Position numbers and translations under genes: made by a program
Part shown: positions 49,620-62,380 of the stretch, in pieces
How positions within the stretch are numbered: position 1 is the first letter of the stretch
Layout of the letters: every line of letters begins with the position of its first letter
The notes under the pieces: generated by a model
What the model was told of the DNA's origin: nothing
Databases searched by the model: none
Seen by the model: only the letters and a program-made list of their open reading frames with translations
DNA from: Mobula hypostoma
Lineage: Eukaryota
Reading direction: 5' to 3'
Length of the DNA stretch: 64,000 nt
Assembly: GCF_963921235.1 (NCBI RefSeq)
Contig: NC_086101.1
Location: 620,001-684,000 of the forward strand

Positions 49620-52560
49620 ACATCATCCGTGGAAGAAGCTGCAAAGGATGGGCGTAGACAAATTCACTCTCTCCTGCGTTTCTGCCTTCCTGACAGATAG
49701 ACCCCACTTTGTACCGTTGGGTAGTTCTCTGCCTGAGGTGGAGGTGAGTGACACTGGAGACCCACAAGTGACTGTCCTGCCTCTGCTTCTGTTCACACAG
49801 TACACCTCAGGCTTTCAGTGCAACTCTGGGTCTGACCACTCGCAGAAGTTCTCTGATGACTCTGCAGTAGTTGGTGCATCAGAGATGGGCAGGAGTCGGA
49901 GCACAGAGGACTGGTGGACAGGTTTGTGGAAAAGTGAGGGAGGAATCACCTGCTCCTGAATGTGGACAAAACCAGGGAAATGGGGATTGATTTTAGGAGG
50001 AAGAGGACAGTGACGGGTCCTGTATACATTCTGGGAGAAGACGTTGCGGTGATGGAGGAGTACGAATACTTAGGGGTTCACCTCGGCAATGGCCCTGAAC
50101 TGGAAAACGAAAAGTAAGGCTGTTCACACGAAGGGGATGAGCGGACTCTTTTCGAAGGAAGCCTAGATCCTTGAATGTGTGAGGCAGGATGTTGGAGATC
50201 TTTTACCAGTTTGTTGTAGCGAGTGCTGTCTTCTTTGCTGCTTCATGTTGGGGGAGCAGCATCGGTGCTGGTGAGGCAAAAAGACAAAATAAACTCATCA
50301 AAAATGTTGGATCCATCCTTGGCCACAACTGGGGCTCTTTCGAGTTAGTGGTGGAGAGGAAGTCATAGAAACATAGAAAATAGGTGCAGGAGTAGGCTAT
50401 TCGGCCCTTCGAGCCTGCACCGCCATTCAGTACGATCATGGCTGATCATCCAACTCAGAACCCTGTACCTGCCTTCTCTCCATACTCCCAGATCCATATA
50501 GCCACAAGGGCCATATCTAACTCCCTCCTAAACATAGCCAATGAACTAGCCTCAATTGCTTCCTGTGGCAGAGAATTCCACAGATTCACCACTCTCTGTG
50601 TGAAGAAGTTTTTACTCATCTCGGTCCTAAAAGGCTTCCCCTTTATCCTCAAACTGTGACCCCTCGTTCCGGACTTCCCCAACATTGGGAACAATCTTCC
50701 TGCATCTAGCCTGTCCAATCCCTTTAGAATTTTATACGTTTCAATAAGATCCCCCCTCAACCTTCTAAATTCCAGAGAGTATAAGCCTAGCTGATCCAGT
50801 CTTTCATCATATGAAAGTCCTGCCATCCCAGGAATCAATCTGGTGAACCTTCTTTGTACTCCCTCTATGGCAAGGATGTCTTTCCTCAGATTAGGGGACC
50901 AAAACTGCACAATACTCTAGGTGTGGTCTCACCAAGGCCTTGTACAACTGCAGTAGTACCTCCCTGCTCCTGTACTCGTATCCTCTCGCTATAAATGCCA
51001 GCATACCATTCGCCTTTTTCACCGCCTGCTGTACCTGCATGCCCACTTTCAATGACTGGTGTACAATGACACCCAGGTCTCGTTGCACTTCCCCTTTTCC
51101 TAATCGGCCACCATTCAGATGATAATCTGTTTTCCTGTTCTTGCCACCAAAGTGGATAACTTCACATTTATCCACATTAAATTGCATCTGCCATGAATTT
51201 GCCTCACCTAACCTATCCAAGTCACCCTGCATCCTCTTAGCATCCTCCTCACAGCTGACACTGCCGCCCAGTTTCGTGTCATCCGCAAACTTGGAAATGC
51301 TGCATTTAATTCCTTCGTCTAAGTCGTTAATATATATTGTAAATAACTGGGGTCCCAGCACTGAGCCTTGTGGTACCCCACCAGTCACTGCCTGCCATTC
51401 TGAAAAGGTCCCGTTTATTCCCACTCTTTGCTTCCTGTCTGCCAACCAATTCTCTATCCACATCAATACCTTACCCCCAATACTGTGTGCTTTAAGTTTG
51501 CACACTCGTCTCCTGTGTGGGACCTTGTCAAAAGCCTTTTGAAAATCCAAATATACCACATCCACTGGTTCTCTCCTATCCACTCTACTAGTTACATCCT
51601 CAAAAAATTCTGTGAGATTCGTCAGACATAATTTTCCTTTCACAAATCCATGCTGACTTTGTCCGATGATTTCACCGCTTTCCAAACATGCTGTTATCAC
51701 ATCTTTGATAACTGACTCTAGCATTTTCCCCACCACCGATTCAGGCTTACCGGTCCATAATTCCCTGGTTTCTCTCTCCCTCCTTTTTTTTTAAAAAAAG
51801 TGGGGTTACATTAGCCATCCTCCAATCCTCAGGAACTAATCCAGAATCTAAAGAGTTTTGAAAAATTATCACTAATGCATCCACTATTTCTTGGGCTACT
51901 TCCTTAAGCACTCTGGGATGCAGACCATCTGGCCCTGGGGATTTATCTGCCTTCAATCCCTTCAATTTAGCTAACACCACTTCCCTACTAACATGTATTT
52001 CCCTCAGTTCCTCCATCTCACTGGACCTTCGGTCCCCTACTATTTCCGGAAGATTATTTATGTCCTCCTTAGTGAAGACAGAACCAAAGTAGTTATTCAA
52101 TTGGTCTGCCACGTCCTTGTTCCCCATGATCAATTCACCTGTTTCTGTCTGTAGGGGACCTACATTTGTCTTAACCAATCTTTTTCTTTTCACGTATCTA
52201 TAAAAGCTTTTACAGTCAGTTTTTATGCTGTCAGCTTTCTCTCATAACCAGAGATCGAGTCTCTACAATATTGTTCCTAATTAAGTCCTTTGTCCTCCTC
52301 TGCTGGACGCTGAATTTCTGCCAGTCCTCAGGTGTGCCGCTTTTTCTGACTAATTTGTATGTTTCTTCTTTGGAATTGATACTATCCCTAATTTCCCTTT
52401 GTCACTAAACGAATGGTCTTCCATTGCGGACAATCGGGCACGTCCTCTCCATGACCTACTGCATCGGCAGCGGAACACCCTTTCGCACAGACTCACTCAG
52501 CACTGCTGTCACAAGAATCGTTACAGAAAATTTTTCCTATCAAATGTAATATACAACAGT
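49620..52560 (+). mobile_element. Old Rex1-like LINE split by a CR1
   Basis: FLTDRPHFV and QKFSDDSAVVG; the frame LVVERKS|LNEWSSIADN...RYRKFFL rejoins across 50366-52400. Confidence 0.8.
50366..52400 (-). mobile_element. CR1 RT plus 3'UTR, 5'-truncated (same subfamily as 34312-37433)
   Basis: ORFs at 51747-52193, 50891-51736 and 50455-50910; GTCA on both sides. Confidence 0.95.
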
Positions 52561-52589
52561 TCATCTGCTAATCTGCCACCCACAGCTCT

Positions 52590-53436
52590 AATCTGCGAAT
52601 TAAATCTGCCGACAACACTACATTGATTGGCCTAATGTCAAACGATAATGAGGTGGCCTACAAGGAAGAAATCATCTCTCTGACACAATGGAGTCAAGAA
52701 AACAGCCTCTCCCTCAATGTCAAAAAATCAAGGGAGCTGGTTGTGGATTACAGGAGGAATGGGGACGGGCTAACCCTATTGACATCAATGGATCTGGGGT
52801 TGAGAGGGTGAACAGCTTTAAATTCTTCAGGATCCTCATCACCGAGGACCTCACGTGGTCTGTACGCACAAGCTGTGCAGTGGAACAGGCACAACAACGC
52901 CTCTTTTACCTCAGACCATTGAGGAAGTTTGGTATGGGCCCCCAAAAGCTTAGAACTTTCTACAAGAGCACAACTGAGAGCATCCTGACTGGCTGCATCA
53001 CTGCCTGGTACGGGAACTGTACCTCCTTTAATCGAAGGATTCTGCAGAGAGTGGTGCCGACAGCCCAGCGCATCTGTAACTGTGGACTTCCCATGATTCA
53101 GGAATAGTACAAAGACAGGTATGTAAAAAGGGTCCGCAGGATCATTGGGCACCCGAGTCACCCCAACCACAATCTGTTCCAGCTGCTACCATCGGGGCAA
53201 CGCTATCGCAGCATAAAAGCCAGGACCAACAGGCTCCGGGACAGCTTCTTCCACCAGGAATCAGACTTCTGAAATCAGGCTGATTTGAGTGTATTTCTAT
53301 GTTACATTGACTGTTCTATTTTTTTTATAAATTATTATAAATTACTATGATTGCACATTTCACATTTAGATGGAGACGTAATGTAAACATTCTTACTCCA
53401 CATGTATGTGAAGGATGTAAGAAATAGTCAATTCAA
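52590..53436 (+). mobile_element. Rex/Babar LINE 3' fragment
   Basis: LIGLMSNDNEVAYKEEI and TESILTGCITAWYGNC; tail gtcaattcaa. Confidence 0.85.
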
Positions 53437-53539
53437 TACATCTTTCTGCGACAGATCGTAGATCGAGTCTCTGCAATATTGTTCCATACATTATTATTGC
53501 ACATCGGTACAGTATTATTGTGTATATTATTATTCTCTT

Positions 53540-54776
53540 AGATCCCCTCCAGTTCGCCTACCAGCCCCGACTGGGAGTTGAGGATGCCATCATCTACCTG
53601 CTGAACCCTGTCTACGCCCACCTGGACAAGCCAGCGAGCACTGTGAGGGTCATGTTCTTTGACTTCTCCAGTGCATTCAACACCATCCGCCCTGCTCTGC
53701 TGGGGAGAAGCTGACAGCGATGCAGGTGGATGCTTTCCTGGTATCATGGATTCTTGATTACCTGACTGGCAGACCACAGTACGTGTGCTTGCAACACTGT
53801 GTGTCCGACAGAGTGATCAGCAGCACTGGGGCTCCACAGGGGACTGTCTTGTCTCCTTTTCTCTTCACCATTTACACCTCGGACTTCAACTACTGCACAG
53901 AGTCTTGTCATCTTCAAAAGTTTTCAGATGACTCTGCCATAGTTGGATTCATTAGCAAGGGAGATGAGGCTGAGTACAGGGCTACGGTAAGAAACTTTGT
54001 CACATGGTGTGAGCAGAATTATCTGCAGCTTAATGTGAAAAAGACTAAGGAGCTGGTGGTAGACCTGAGGCGAGCTAAGGTACCGGTGACCCCTGTTTCC
54101 ATCCAGGGGGTCAGTGTGGACATGGTGGAGGAATACAAATACCTGGGGATACGAATTGACAATAAACTGGACTGGTCAAAGAACACTGAGGCTGTCTACA
54201 AGAAGGGTCAGAGCCGTCTCTATTTCCTGAGGAGACTGAGGTCCTTTAACATCTGCCGGACGATGCTGAGGATGTTCTACGTGTCTGTGGTGGCCAGTGC
54301 TATCATGTTTGCTGGGGCAGCAGGCTGAGGGTAGCAGACATCAACAGAATCAACAAACTCATTCGTAAGGCCCGTGAAGTTGTGGGGATGGAACTGGACT
54401 CTCTCACAGTAGTGTCTGAAAAGAGGATGCTGTCTAAGTTGCATGCCATCTTAGAAAATGTCTCCCATCCACTACATAATGTACTGGGTGGGCACAGGAG
54501 TACATTCAGCCAGAGACTCATTCCTCCGAGATGCAGCACAGAGCATCATAGGAAGTCAATCCTGCCTGTGGCCATCAAACTTTACAACTCCTCCCTTGGA
54601 GGGTCAGACACCCTGAGCCAATAGGCTGGTCCTGGACTTATTTCATAATTTCCTGGCATAATTTACATATTACTATTTAACTATTTATGGTTTTATTACT
54701 ATTTATTATTTATGGTGCAACTGTAACGAAAACCAATTTCCCCCGGGATCAATTAAGTATGACTATGACTATGACT
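53540..54776 (+). mobile_element. Rex1/Babar LINE, RT plus 3'UTR
   Basis: DPLQFAYQP, FFDFSSAFNTI, GAPQGTVLSP and QKFSDDS; (ATGACT)n tail. Confidence 0.95.
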
Positions 54777-54889
54777 CTGCTTTATTTTTAGTAAAGTCTG
54801 CACCCTGTTAAATGTCATTTTAAATATTGCTGCTGTTTCGAAAGAATTTCCCACTAGGGATAAATAAAGTATTTATTATTATTATTATT

Positions 54890-55128
54890 ATTTTCCAGCC
54901 CTATATCTCTTTCACCCATCAACTTCACAGCTCTTGACTTTACTCCTCCCCCTCTATCGTTTTCAGTCCCCCACATTCTGACTCCCTCCCTTCCTTTCCA
55001 GTCCCGACGAAGGGTCTCGGTCTGAAACGCTGACTGTTCACTCCTCTGCATAGCTGCTGCCTTCCCCCCGGAGTTCCTCCAGCATTTTGTGTGAGTTGCT
55101 TTGGATTTCCGCATCTGCAGATTTTATC
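54890..55128 (+). mobile_element. PLE terminal repeat with a degenerate hammerhead, abutting the ZNF-C promoter
   Basis: cagtc ccgacga agggtctcggtct gaaacgct gactg at 54999-55035; reverse complement matches 4680-4770. Confidence 0.8.
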
Positions 55129-55139
55129 CTGTTTAAACC

Positions 55140-55500
55140 AAGGCGCATGCGTGGTCGTCGTGCTCAATCCCGGATAATGCGCATGCGCGGAGTAGACGCG
55201 AGGCTCTCAACGATCGAACGCAGGTAAGAACGGGTTCGGAGCAGGTGTTTAATCACCGGCGTCTGAAACGCGACCGAAAGACAATTACTGTGATTTCCAG
55301 CCACAATGGTACTGCACCCCACGACGGTCCTGGTCCTTTCTCGCTCTCTCAGCCCCACGATCCGGACCCGAGCCCCAGCATTTATGGCCGCCATCATCGC
55401 CGCCAGTTTTGCGGCGCATGCGCATTCTTGCATCTTTCGATGGCGGATAGGGTCGTTTCTCTTCGTGAGGGCTTCTGGGTAAAGAGGCAGCCATGGGCGA
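55140..55500 (+). promoter_or_regulatory. CpG-rich promoter and first exon of ZNF-C with three NRF1-like motifs
   Basis: GCGCATGCG motifs at 55143, 55179 and 55414; strong donor CAG|GTAAGA at 55223/55224. Confidence 0.65.
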
Positions 55501-56109
55501 TAGTACCGGCATTGTCCCGTACAGTCGAAGGAAATGGGAGTGGATGTATCTCCCAAACACTGCCGAGCTCCAGCTATGTAAATCCAAGGATTAGGAACTC
55601 AGAACAAAAATATAGTTCCCAGTTAATCTTGGTTGAAGAGTCTACCTTCTAGTCAGTAAAAATGTCAATTAGTGCAGTATAGAAATAAAACCTTATGTCA
55701 GATTTAGTTCTCTCTGGGTAAATAAAGATACGAAACACCTTTGCCTCGATGACCAGTGACTTGTGGCTTTCACATCACAAAAGTGCCGCACTCCCATGAG
55801 AATAACCAATGCCCTCCACTTTATATTCATTGGCATTGCCATCGATGGGTTCCTCACTGTCAATCAGCTGGTGGGAGGGTAGCCGAGTGATTAGTAAATC
55901 TCCAGATCATACATCTAGTAACAAGTGCTTTTTGCAGTGTTGTGGAACATGACCAGAACTTGAAATAAACAAAGGACAGAGACAAATTGAGCCAAGTCAC
56001 AGGTTGATGGAAGTCAGAAATAGCCCATTTTCATACAGACAGGAATACTGTCAGAGAATTTGATGGTCAGTCAGAATGTCTGATCCGTTGCTTGTTAGAA
56101 GATGAGTGC

Positions 56110-59100
56110 ATATAGAAACAGAAATCTACAATATAGTACAGGCTTTTCGGCCCACAGTGTTGTGCCGTCCAGTAACCTATTCTAGAAACTGCCTCGGATT
56201 TTCTAACCACATTGCACTCTGTTTTTCTAAGCTCCATGTACATATCTGAGAGACTCTGTGGTATCTGCCTCCACCGTCATCACTGGCAGTGCATTCCATG
56301 CACCTACTACTGTCTGTTTGAAAAACCTACCTTTGACCCAACTTCCATGCACCTTAAAACTATGCGCCTTGTGTTTGCCAATTCAGCCCTACGAAGAAGT
56401 CTCTGGCTATCCACACGATCAATGCCTTTCATCATCTTATACGCACCTATCAGGTCACCTCTCATCTTTTATCGCTCCCAAGTTCGCTCAATCTATTCTC
56501 GTACGGTATGTTCTCCAATCCATGAAACATCCTTGTAAATCTCCTCTGCACTCTTTCTATAATATCCACATCCTTCCTGTAATGAGGTAACTGAATACAA
56601 GACTCTAAGTGGGATATAAATAAGGTTTTATATAACTGTAACATTACCTCACCACTCTTGAACTCAGTTCCATAGTTGATGAAGGCCTTTTTAACAACAA
56701 TGTCAATCAGTGCTGCAGCTTTGAGTGTCAAATTGACATGGACCCCAAGATCTCGCTGATCCTCCACACCGCCAAGAGTCCTAACATAATACTGTATTCT
56801 GTCTTCAAGTTTGATGTACGGAAATAAACCACAGCACACTTACCTGGGCTGAACTCCAACTGCCAGTTCTGCATCCTATCGATGTCCTGCTGTAACCTCT
56901 GGACAACTGTCCAGACTATTCACAACACCCCCAACTTTTGTGTCATCAGCAAACTTACTGACCTCCCCCCCCCCACTTCTTCATCAAGATCATTTATAAA
57001 CGTCACAAAGGGAAGGAATCTCAGAACACATCCCTGCAGAACACCACGGGTCACCGTCCTCTAGGCAGTTTACAAACCATCTACAACCATCTTTTGGCTT
57101 CTGTGGGCAAGCCAATTCTGGATCCACAAAGCAAGGTCTACTTTGATCCTGGCCTCATTACTTTCTGAATGAGCCTCGCATGAGGAATCTTATCAAAAGT
57201 CTTACTGAAAGCCATGTACACTACATCCATACTGAGAAATAGGAAAGGTATGGCCACATTAGTGGGATTGTATTACAGACCACCCAATAGTCAACGAGAC
57301 TTGGAAGAGCAAATCTGCAGAGAGATAGCAGGCAACTGCAGGAAACATAAAGATGGTGGTAGGGGATTTTAATTTTCCATACATTGATTGGGACACCCAT
57401 ACTGTTAGGGGTCCAGATGGTTTAGAGTTTGTAAAATGTGTTCAGGAAAGTTTTCTAAATCAATATATAGAGGGACCAACTAGAGGGGATGCAATATTGG
57501 ATCTCCTGTTAGGAAACGAATTAGGGCAAGTGACAGAAGTCTGTGTAGAGGAACACTTTGGTTCCAGTGATCATAACACCATTAGTTTCAATTTCATCAT
57601 GGACAAGGATAGATCTGGTCCTAGGGTTGAGGTTCTGAACTGGAAGAAGGCCAAATTTGAAGAAATGAGAAAGGATCTAAAAAGCGTGGATTGGGACAGG
57701 TTGTTCTCTGGCATGGAGGTGATTGGTAGGTGGGAAGCCTTCAAAGGGGAGATTTTGAGAGTGCAGAGTTTGTATGTTCCTGTCAGGATTAAAGGCAAAT
57801 TGAATAGGAATAAGGAACCTTGGTTCTCAAGGGATATTGCAACTCTGATAAAGAAGAAGAGGGAGTTGTATGAAATGTATAGGAAACAGGGGGTAAATCA
57901 GGTGCTTGAGGAGTATAAGAAGTGAAGAAAATACTTAAGAAAGAAATCAGGAGGGCAAAAAGAAGACATGAGGTTACCTTGGCAGTCAAAGTGAAGGATA
58001 ATCCAAAGAGCTTTTACAAGTATATTAAGAGCAAGAGGATTGTAAGGGATAAAATTGGTCCTCTTGAAGATCAGAGTGGTCGGCTTTGTGCGGAACCAAA
58101 GGAAATGGGAGAGATCTTAAATAGGTTTTTTGCATCTGTATTTACTAAGGAAGCTGGCATGAAATCTATGGAATTGAGGGAATCAAGTAGTGAGACCATG
58201 GAAACTGTACAGATTGAAAAGGAGGAGGTGCTTGCTGTCTTGAGGAAAATTAAAGTGGATAAATCCCCGGGACCTGACAGGCTTTTCCCTCGGACCTTGA
58301 AGGAGACTAGTGTTGAAATTGCGGGGGCCCTGGCAGAAATATTTAAAATGTCACTATCTACGGGTGAAGTGCCGGAGGATTGGAGAGTGGCTCATGTTGT
58401 TCCGTTGTTTAAAAAAGGATCGAAAAGTAATCTGCAAGAGGATTCGAGTACAGGAGCAGGGAGGTACTACTGCAGTTGTACAAGGCCTTGGTGAGACCAC
58501 ACCTGGAGTATTGTGTGCAGTTTTGGTCCCCTAATCTGAGGAAAGACATCCTTGCCATAGAGGGAGTACAAAGAAGGTTCACCAGATTGATTCCTGGGAT
58601 GGCAGGACTTTCATATGAAGAAAGACTGGATGAACTAGGCTTGTACTCGTTGGAATTTAGAAGATTGAGGGGGGATCTGATTGAGACGTAAAAAATCCTA
58701 AAGGGATTGGACAGGCTAGATGCAGGAAGATTGTTCCCGATGTTGGGGAAGGCCAGAACGAGGGGTCACAGTTTGAGGATAGAGGGGAAGCCTTTTAGGA
58801 CAGAGATTAGGAAAAACTGCTTCACACAGAGAGTGGTGAATCTGTGGAATTCTCTGCCACAGGAAACAGTTGAGGCCGGTTCATTAGCTCTATTTAAGAG
58901 GGAGTTAGATATGGCCCTTGTGGCTAAGGGGATCAAGGGGTATGGAGGGAAGGCTGGTGCAGGATTCTGAGTTGGATGATCAGCCATGATCATAATAAAT
59001 GGCGGTGCAGGCTTGAAGGGCCGAATGGCCTACTCCTGCACCTATTTTCTATGTTTCTATGAAGTATTGCGCATAAGAGCTGGAATGTTATGATGAGGTT

Positions 59101-59918
59101 GTATAAGGCATTGGTGAGGCCGAATCTGGAGTATTGTGTTCAGTTTTGGTCACAAAATTACAGGAAGGATATAAATAAGGTTGAAAGAGTGCAGAGAAGG
59201 TTTACAAGGATGTTGCCGGAACTTGAGAAACTCAGTTACAGAGAAAGGTTGAATAGGTTAGGACTTTATTCCCTGGAGCGTAGAAGAATGAGGGGAGATT
59301 TGATAGAGGTATATAAAATTATGATGGGTATGGATAGAGTGAATACAAGCAGGCTTTTTCCACTGACGCAAGGGGAGAAAAAAACCAGAGGACATGGGTT
59401 AAGGGTGAGGGGGGAAAAGTTTAAAGGGAACATTAGTGGGGGTCTTCTTCACACAGAGAGTGGTGGGAGTATGGAATGAGCTGCCAGGCGAGGTGGTAAA
59501 TGCGGGTTCTTTTTTAACATTTAAGAATAAATTGGACAGATACATGGATGGGAGGTGTATGGAGGGATATGGTCCGTGTGCAGGTCAGTGGGACTAGGCA
59601 GAAAATGGTTCGGCACAGCCAAGAAGGGCCAAAAGGCCTGTTTCTGTGCTGTAGTTTCTATGGTTTCTATGGTTTCTAATGCTCTACCTTCATCAGTGTG
59701 TTTTGTTACATTCTCAAAGAATTCAATCAGGTTTATAAGGTACGATCTGCTGACTGAGCCATGCTGACTATCACACATCTGGTTATGCTTCTCCAAATGC
59801 TCATAAATCCTGCCTCTCAGGAGCTTCTCCCACAACTTGCCCTCCACTGAAGTAAGAACCACTGGTCTGTAATTTCCTGTCTTATCTCGACTCCCTTTCT
59901 TGAAAAGGGAACAATATC
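56110..59918 (-). mobile_element. Old CR1 (56110-57234 and 59680-59918) interrupted by younger + strand CR1s
   Basis: QRDLGVHV...IIERVQRRFTRM and LTSVEGKLWEKLLRGRIYEHLEK. Confidence 0.8.
57235..59678 (+). mobile_element. CR1 ORF2 with the RT core missing and replaced by a 3' fragment of another CR1 subfamily (58431-59060)
   Basis: APE VVGDFNFP...SSDHN and KSPGPD...KKGSKSN, followed by two successive CR1 3' ends with tails at about 59060 and 59678. Confidence 0.9.
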
Positions 59919-59926
59919 GTCTAAGC

Positions 59927-61091
59927 CAGGGGTCCCCAACCTATTTTGCACTGCGGACCGGTTTAATGTTGACAGTGTTCTTGTGGACCGGCCAACCTGG
60001 GGGGTGGAGGGGCGGTTAGGGTTGCCAACGGACAGGGGTAGCAGTCAAATACGTTGTGTTTACCCCGAAAAAGACTACAATGACCATGAACTCTTTCGCA
60101 GGCACCAGTGTGCATGTGTGTACGTGCCAATTTTACTCCCTGCAAATCCTTTTTGGCAATTCTGTTTGGGGGGGGTGTTAATCACGAATGGAATATAGGT
60201 GATCAGTGGCTAATACACTCAATTTCGTTTCTAAAAGGGCATATCTAACAAATTTAATATTAAACACACAGTTTATATTTTCCTCGCATGAATATAGTGA
60301 TAAGTCAATTATTAGGGGAGGACAGGGGAGCTTGAAGTAAGCGTTGAACGAACATCCAGTAGAAGTGGTAGAGGCAGGTTCGATATTATTTAAAGAAAAA
60401 TTTGATAGGTATGCGGACAGGAAAGGAATGGAGGGTTATGGGCTGAGTGCAGGTCGGTGGGACTAGGTGAGAGTAGCGTTCGGCACGGATTAGAAGGGCC
60501 GAGATGGCCTTTTCCGTGCTGTGATTGTTATATGGTTATATAAGTCACTTATAAGTCAATAGCATCAAAACATTTTAAGTAACGTTTGGATATTAAACCC
60601 ACAGCACATATTTTCCCTATATGAACATATAAAATCATTGCAACACACCAATATTGCTGAATCAGCGGGAGCCCTGGGCTGAATTCTTGTTCCCTGCAAC
60701 AAGATGGTCCTATCGAGGGGTGATGGGAGACAGCGATACTCGAAGGGAGTTCCTTATGTCCAGTCTATTCCGCAATTTGGTTTTCGTTGCATTCATTGCA
60801 GAGATATGTTGAAAATGGAAGCAACGTTTTCAGTGCTTTCGTGGCTATCTCAGGATATTTAGCCTTGAGTTTGATCCAGAATGCCAGCAGAGATGTTATG
60901 TCAAACATACTTTTCAGCCCACCGTCATTTGCAAGCTCGAGGAGTTGATCTCCTTCCCGCGCTGACATGGATGACGCGCGGGTAATGACCTCGCATGCGT
61001 AATGGCTCAACAGTGCGTGACAGGGAATGAGGAAAGGTTTCCTCGCGGCCCAGTAGCTCATGCTTTGCGGCCCAGTGGTTGGGGACCGCTG
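59927..61091 (-). mobile_element. Non-autonomous hAT (Charlie/Buster-like) DNA transposon
   Basis: TIRs CAGGGGTCCCCAACC and GGTTGGGGACCGCTG; 8-bp TSD gtctaagc/atctaagc; transposase C-terminus FWIKLKAKYPEIATKALKTLLPFSTYLC; nested CR1 tail at about 60325-60540. Confidence 0.9.
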
Positions 61092-61244
61092 ATCTAAGCC
61101 TCTGGTACTTTTCCTGTCCTTACTAATGTGCAAAGATTTGATGTACCGAAATAAAGCACAGCACGCTTAGCCTGGGGTATATCTCAAGTTGAGTACCCCC
61201 AACTTGAGTTGAAATTGGTAAAATTCTGATGCCAGAGCTCCCAT

Positions 61245-61640
61245 TCAGAGGAGATCATATAGAAACATGTAAAATTATGAAAGGAATAGATAAGATAGAG
61301 GCAGGAAAGTTGTTTCCACTGGTAGATGAGGCTAGAACTAGAGGACATTGCCTCAAGATTTGGGGGAAATTGGGATGGAGATGAGGAGGAACTGCTTTTC
61401 CCAGAGGGTGGTGAATCTGTGGATTTCTCTGTCCAATGAAGGATTGGAGGCTACATCAGTAAATATATTTGAGAAAAGGTTGGATAGATTTTGGCACAGT
61501 AGCGTAATTAAGGGTTATGGGGAAAAGGCAGGTAGGTGGAGATGAGTCCATGGCCAGATCAGCCATGATCTTATTCAATGGCGGAGCAGGCTCGACGGGC
61601 CAGATGGCCGACTCCTGCTCCTATTTCTTATGATCTTATG
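61245..61640 (+). mobile_element. CR1 3' end fragment
   Basis: EMRRNCFSQRVVNLW; tail cctatttcttatgatcttatg. Confidence 0.9.
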
Positions 61641-62380
61641 TTCTCACCACAGACTAAAATCTCTCCTGAAATATTGTCCTTCACCCATTGATGTCTTTTG
61701 CAAATATTTTTACAGGTTTGAAATGGCAGAACACTTGTGTACGGGAATCTCAAACACAACAACATATCGGTTTTGCTGACTCTGTCTGGATATTTAAGGA
61801 GTGACCAAATATTTTCTTTGCAACACCAACACATCTGTTGTCGATCCTTGGAGATGAAGAAGTATCATATCTCCAGCTGGTAATGTATTCTGTCTCTGAA
61901 ACGAAGTTTTCTGTTTTAACTCTGTGAAATCCACTGGAACCGGAAGCTGAGAACACACCAGCATTTGTTCACTGGAGATCAGTTCTTCAACTGCATTGAT
62001 TGTACAAGGGATTCAAAAGTCTGACGTTCTGAATTGCCAGAGAATTGATCGTAGTGAGATATCATTCTCCTTCTCTCAGTGTGGGAAGAGATTCACTCAC
62101 AGGCTACCCGCAGACACGCCAGTGAGTTCACAGCGGGGAGAGGCCATTCACCCGCTCTGTGTGAGGGAGGGGAACCACTCAGTCATCCCGTCTGAAGATA
62201 CATCAGCGAGTTCACACCAGAGTGCTCCACCTGTTCTGCAAGCGGGAAGCCATTCTGTTATTGATGCTAAGGGTATATCATAAAATTCACCAGTGAGGGG
62301 ACATTGACCTGCCGGATGGTGGGAAGGCATTCACACACTCAGCCACACCACAGTGACACCAGCGAGTTCACACCGGGGAG

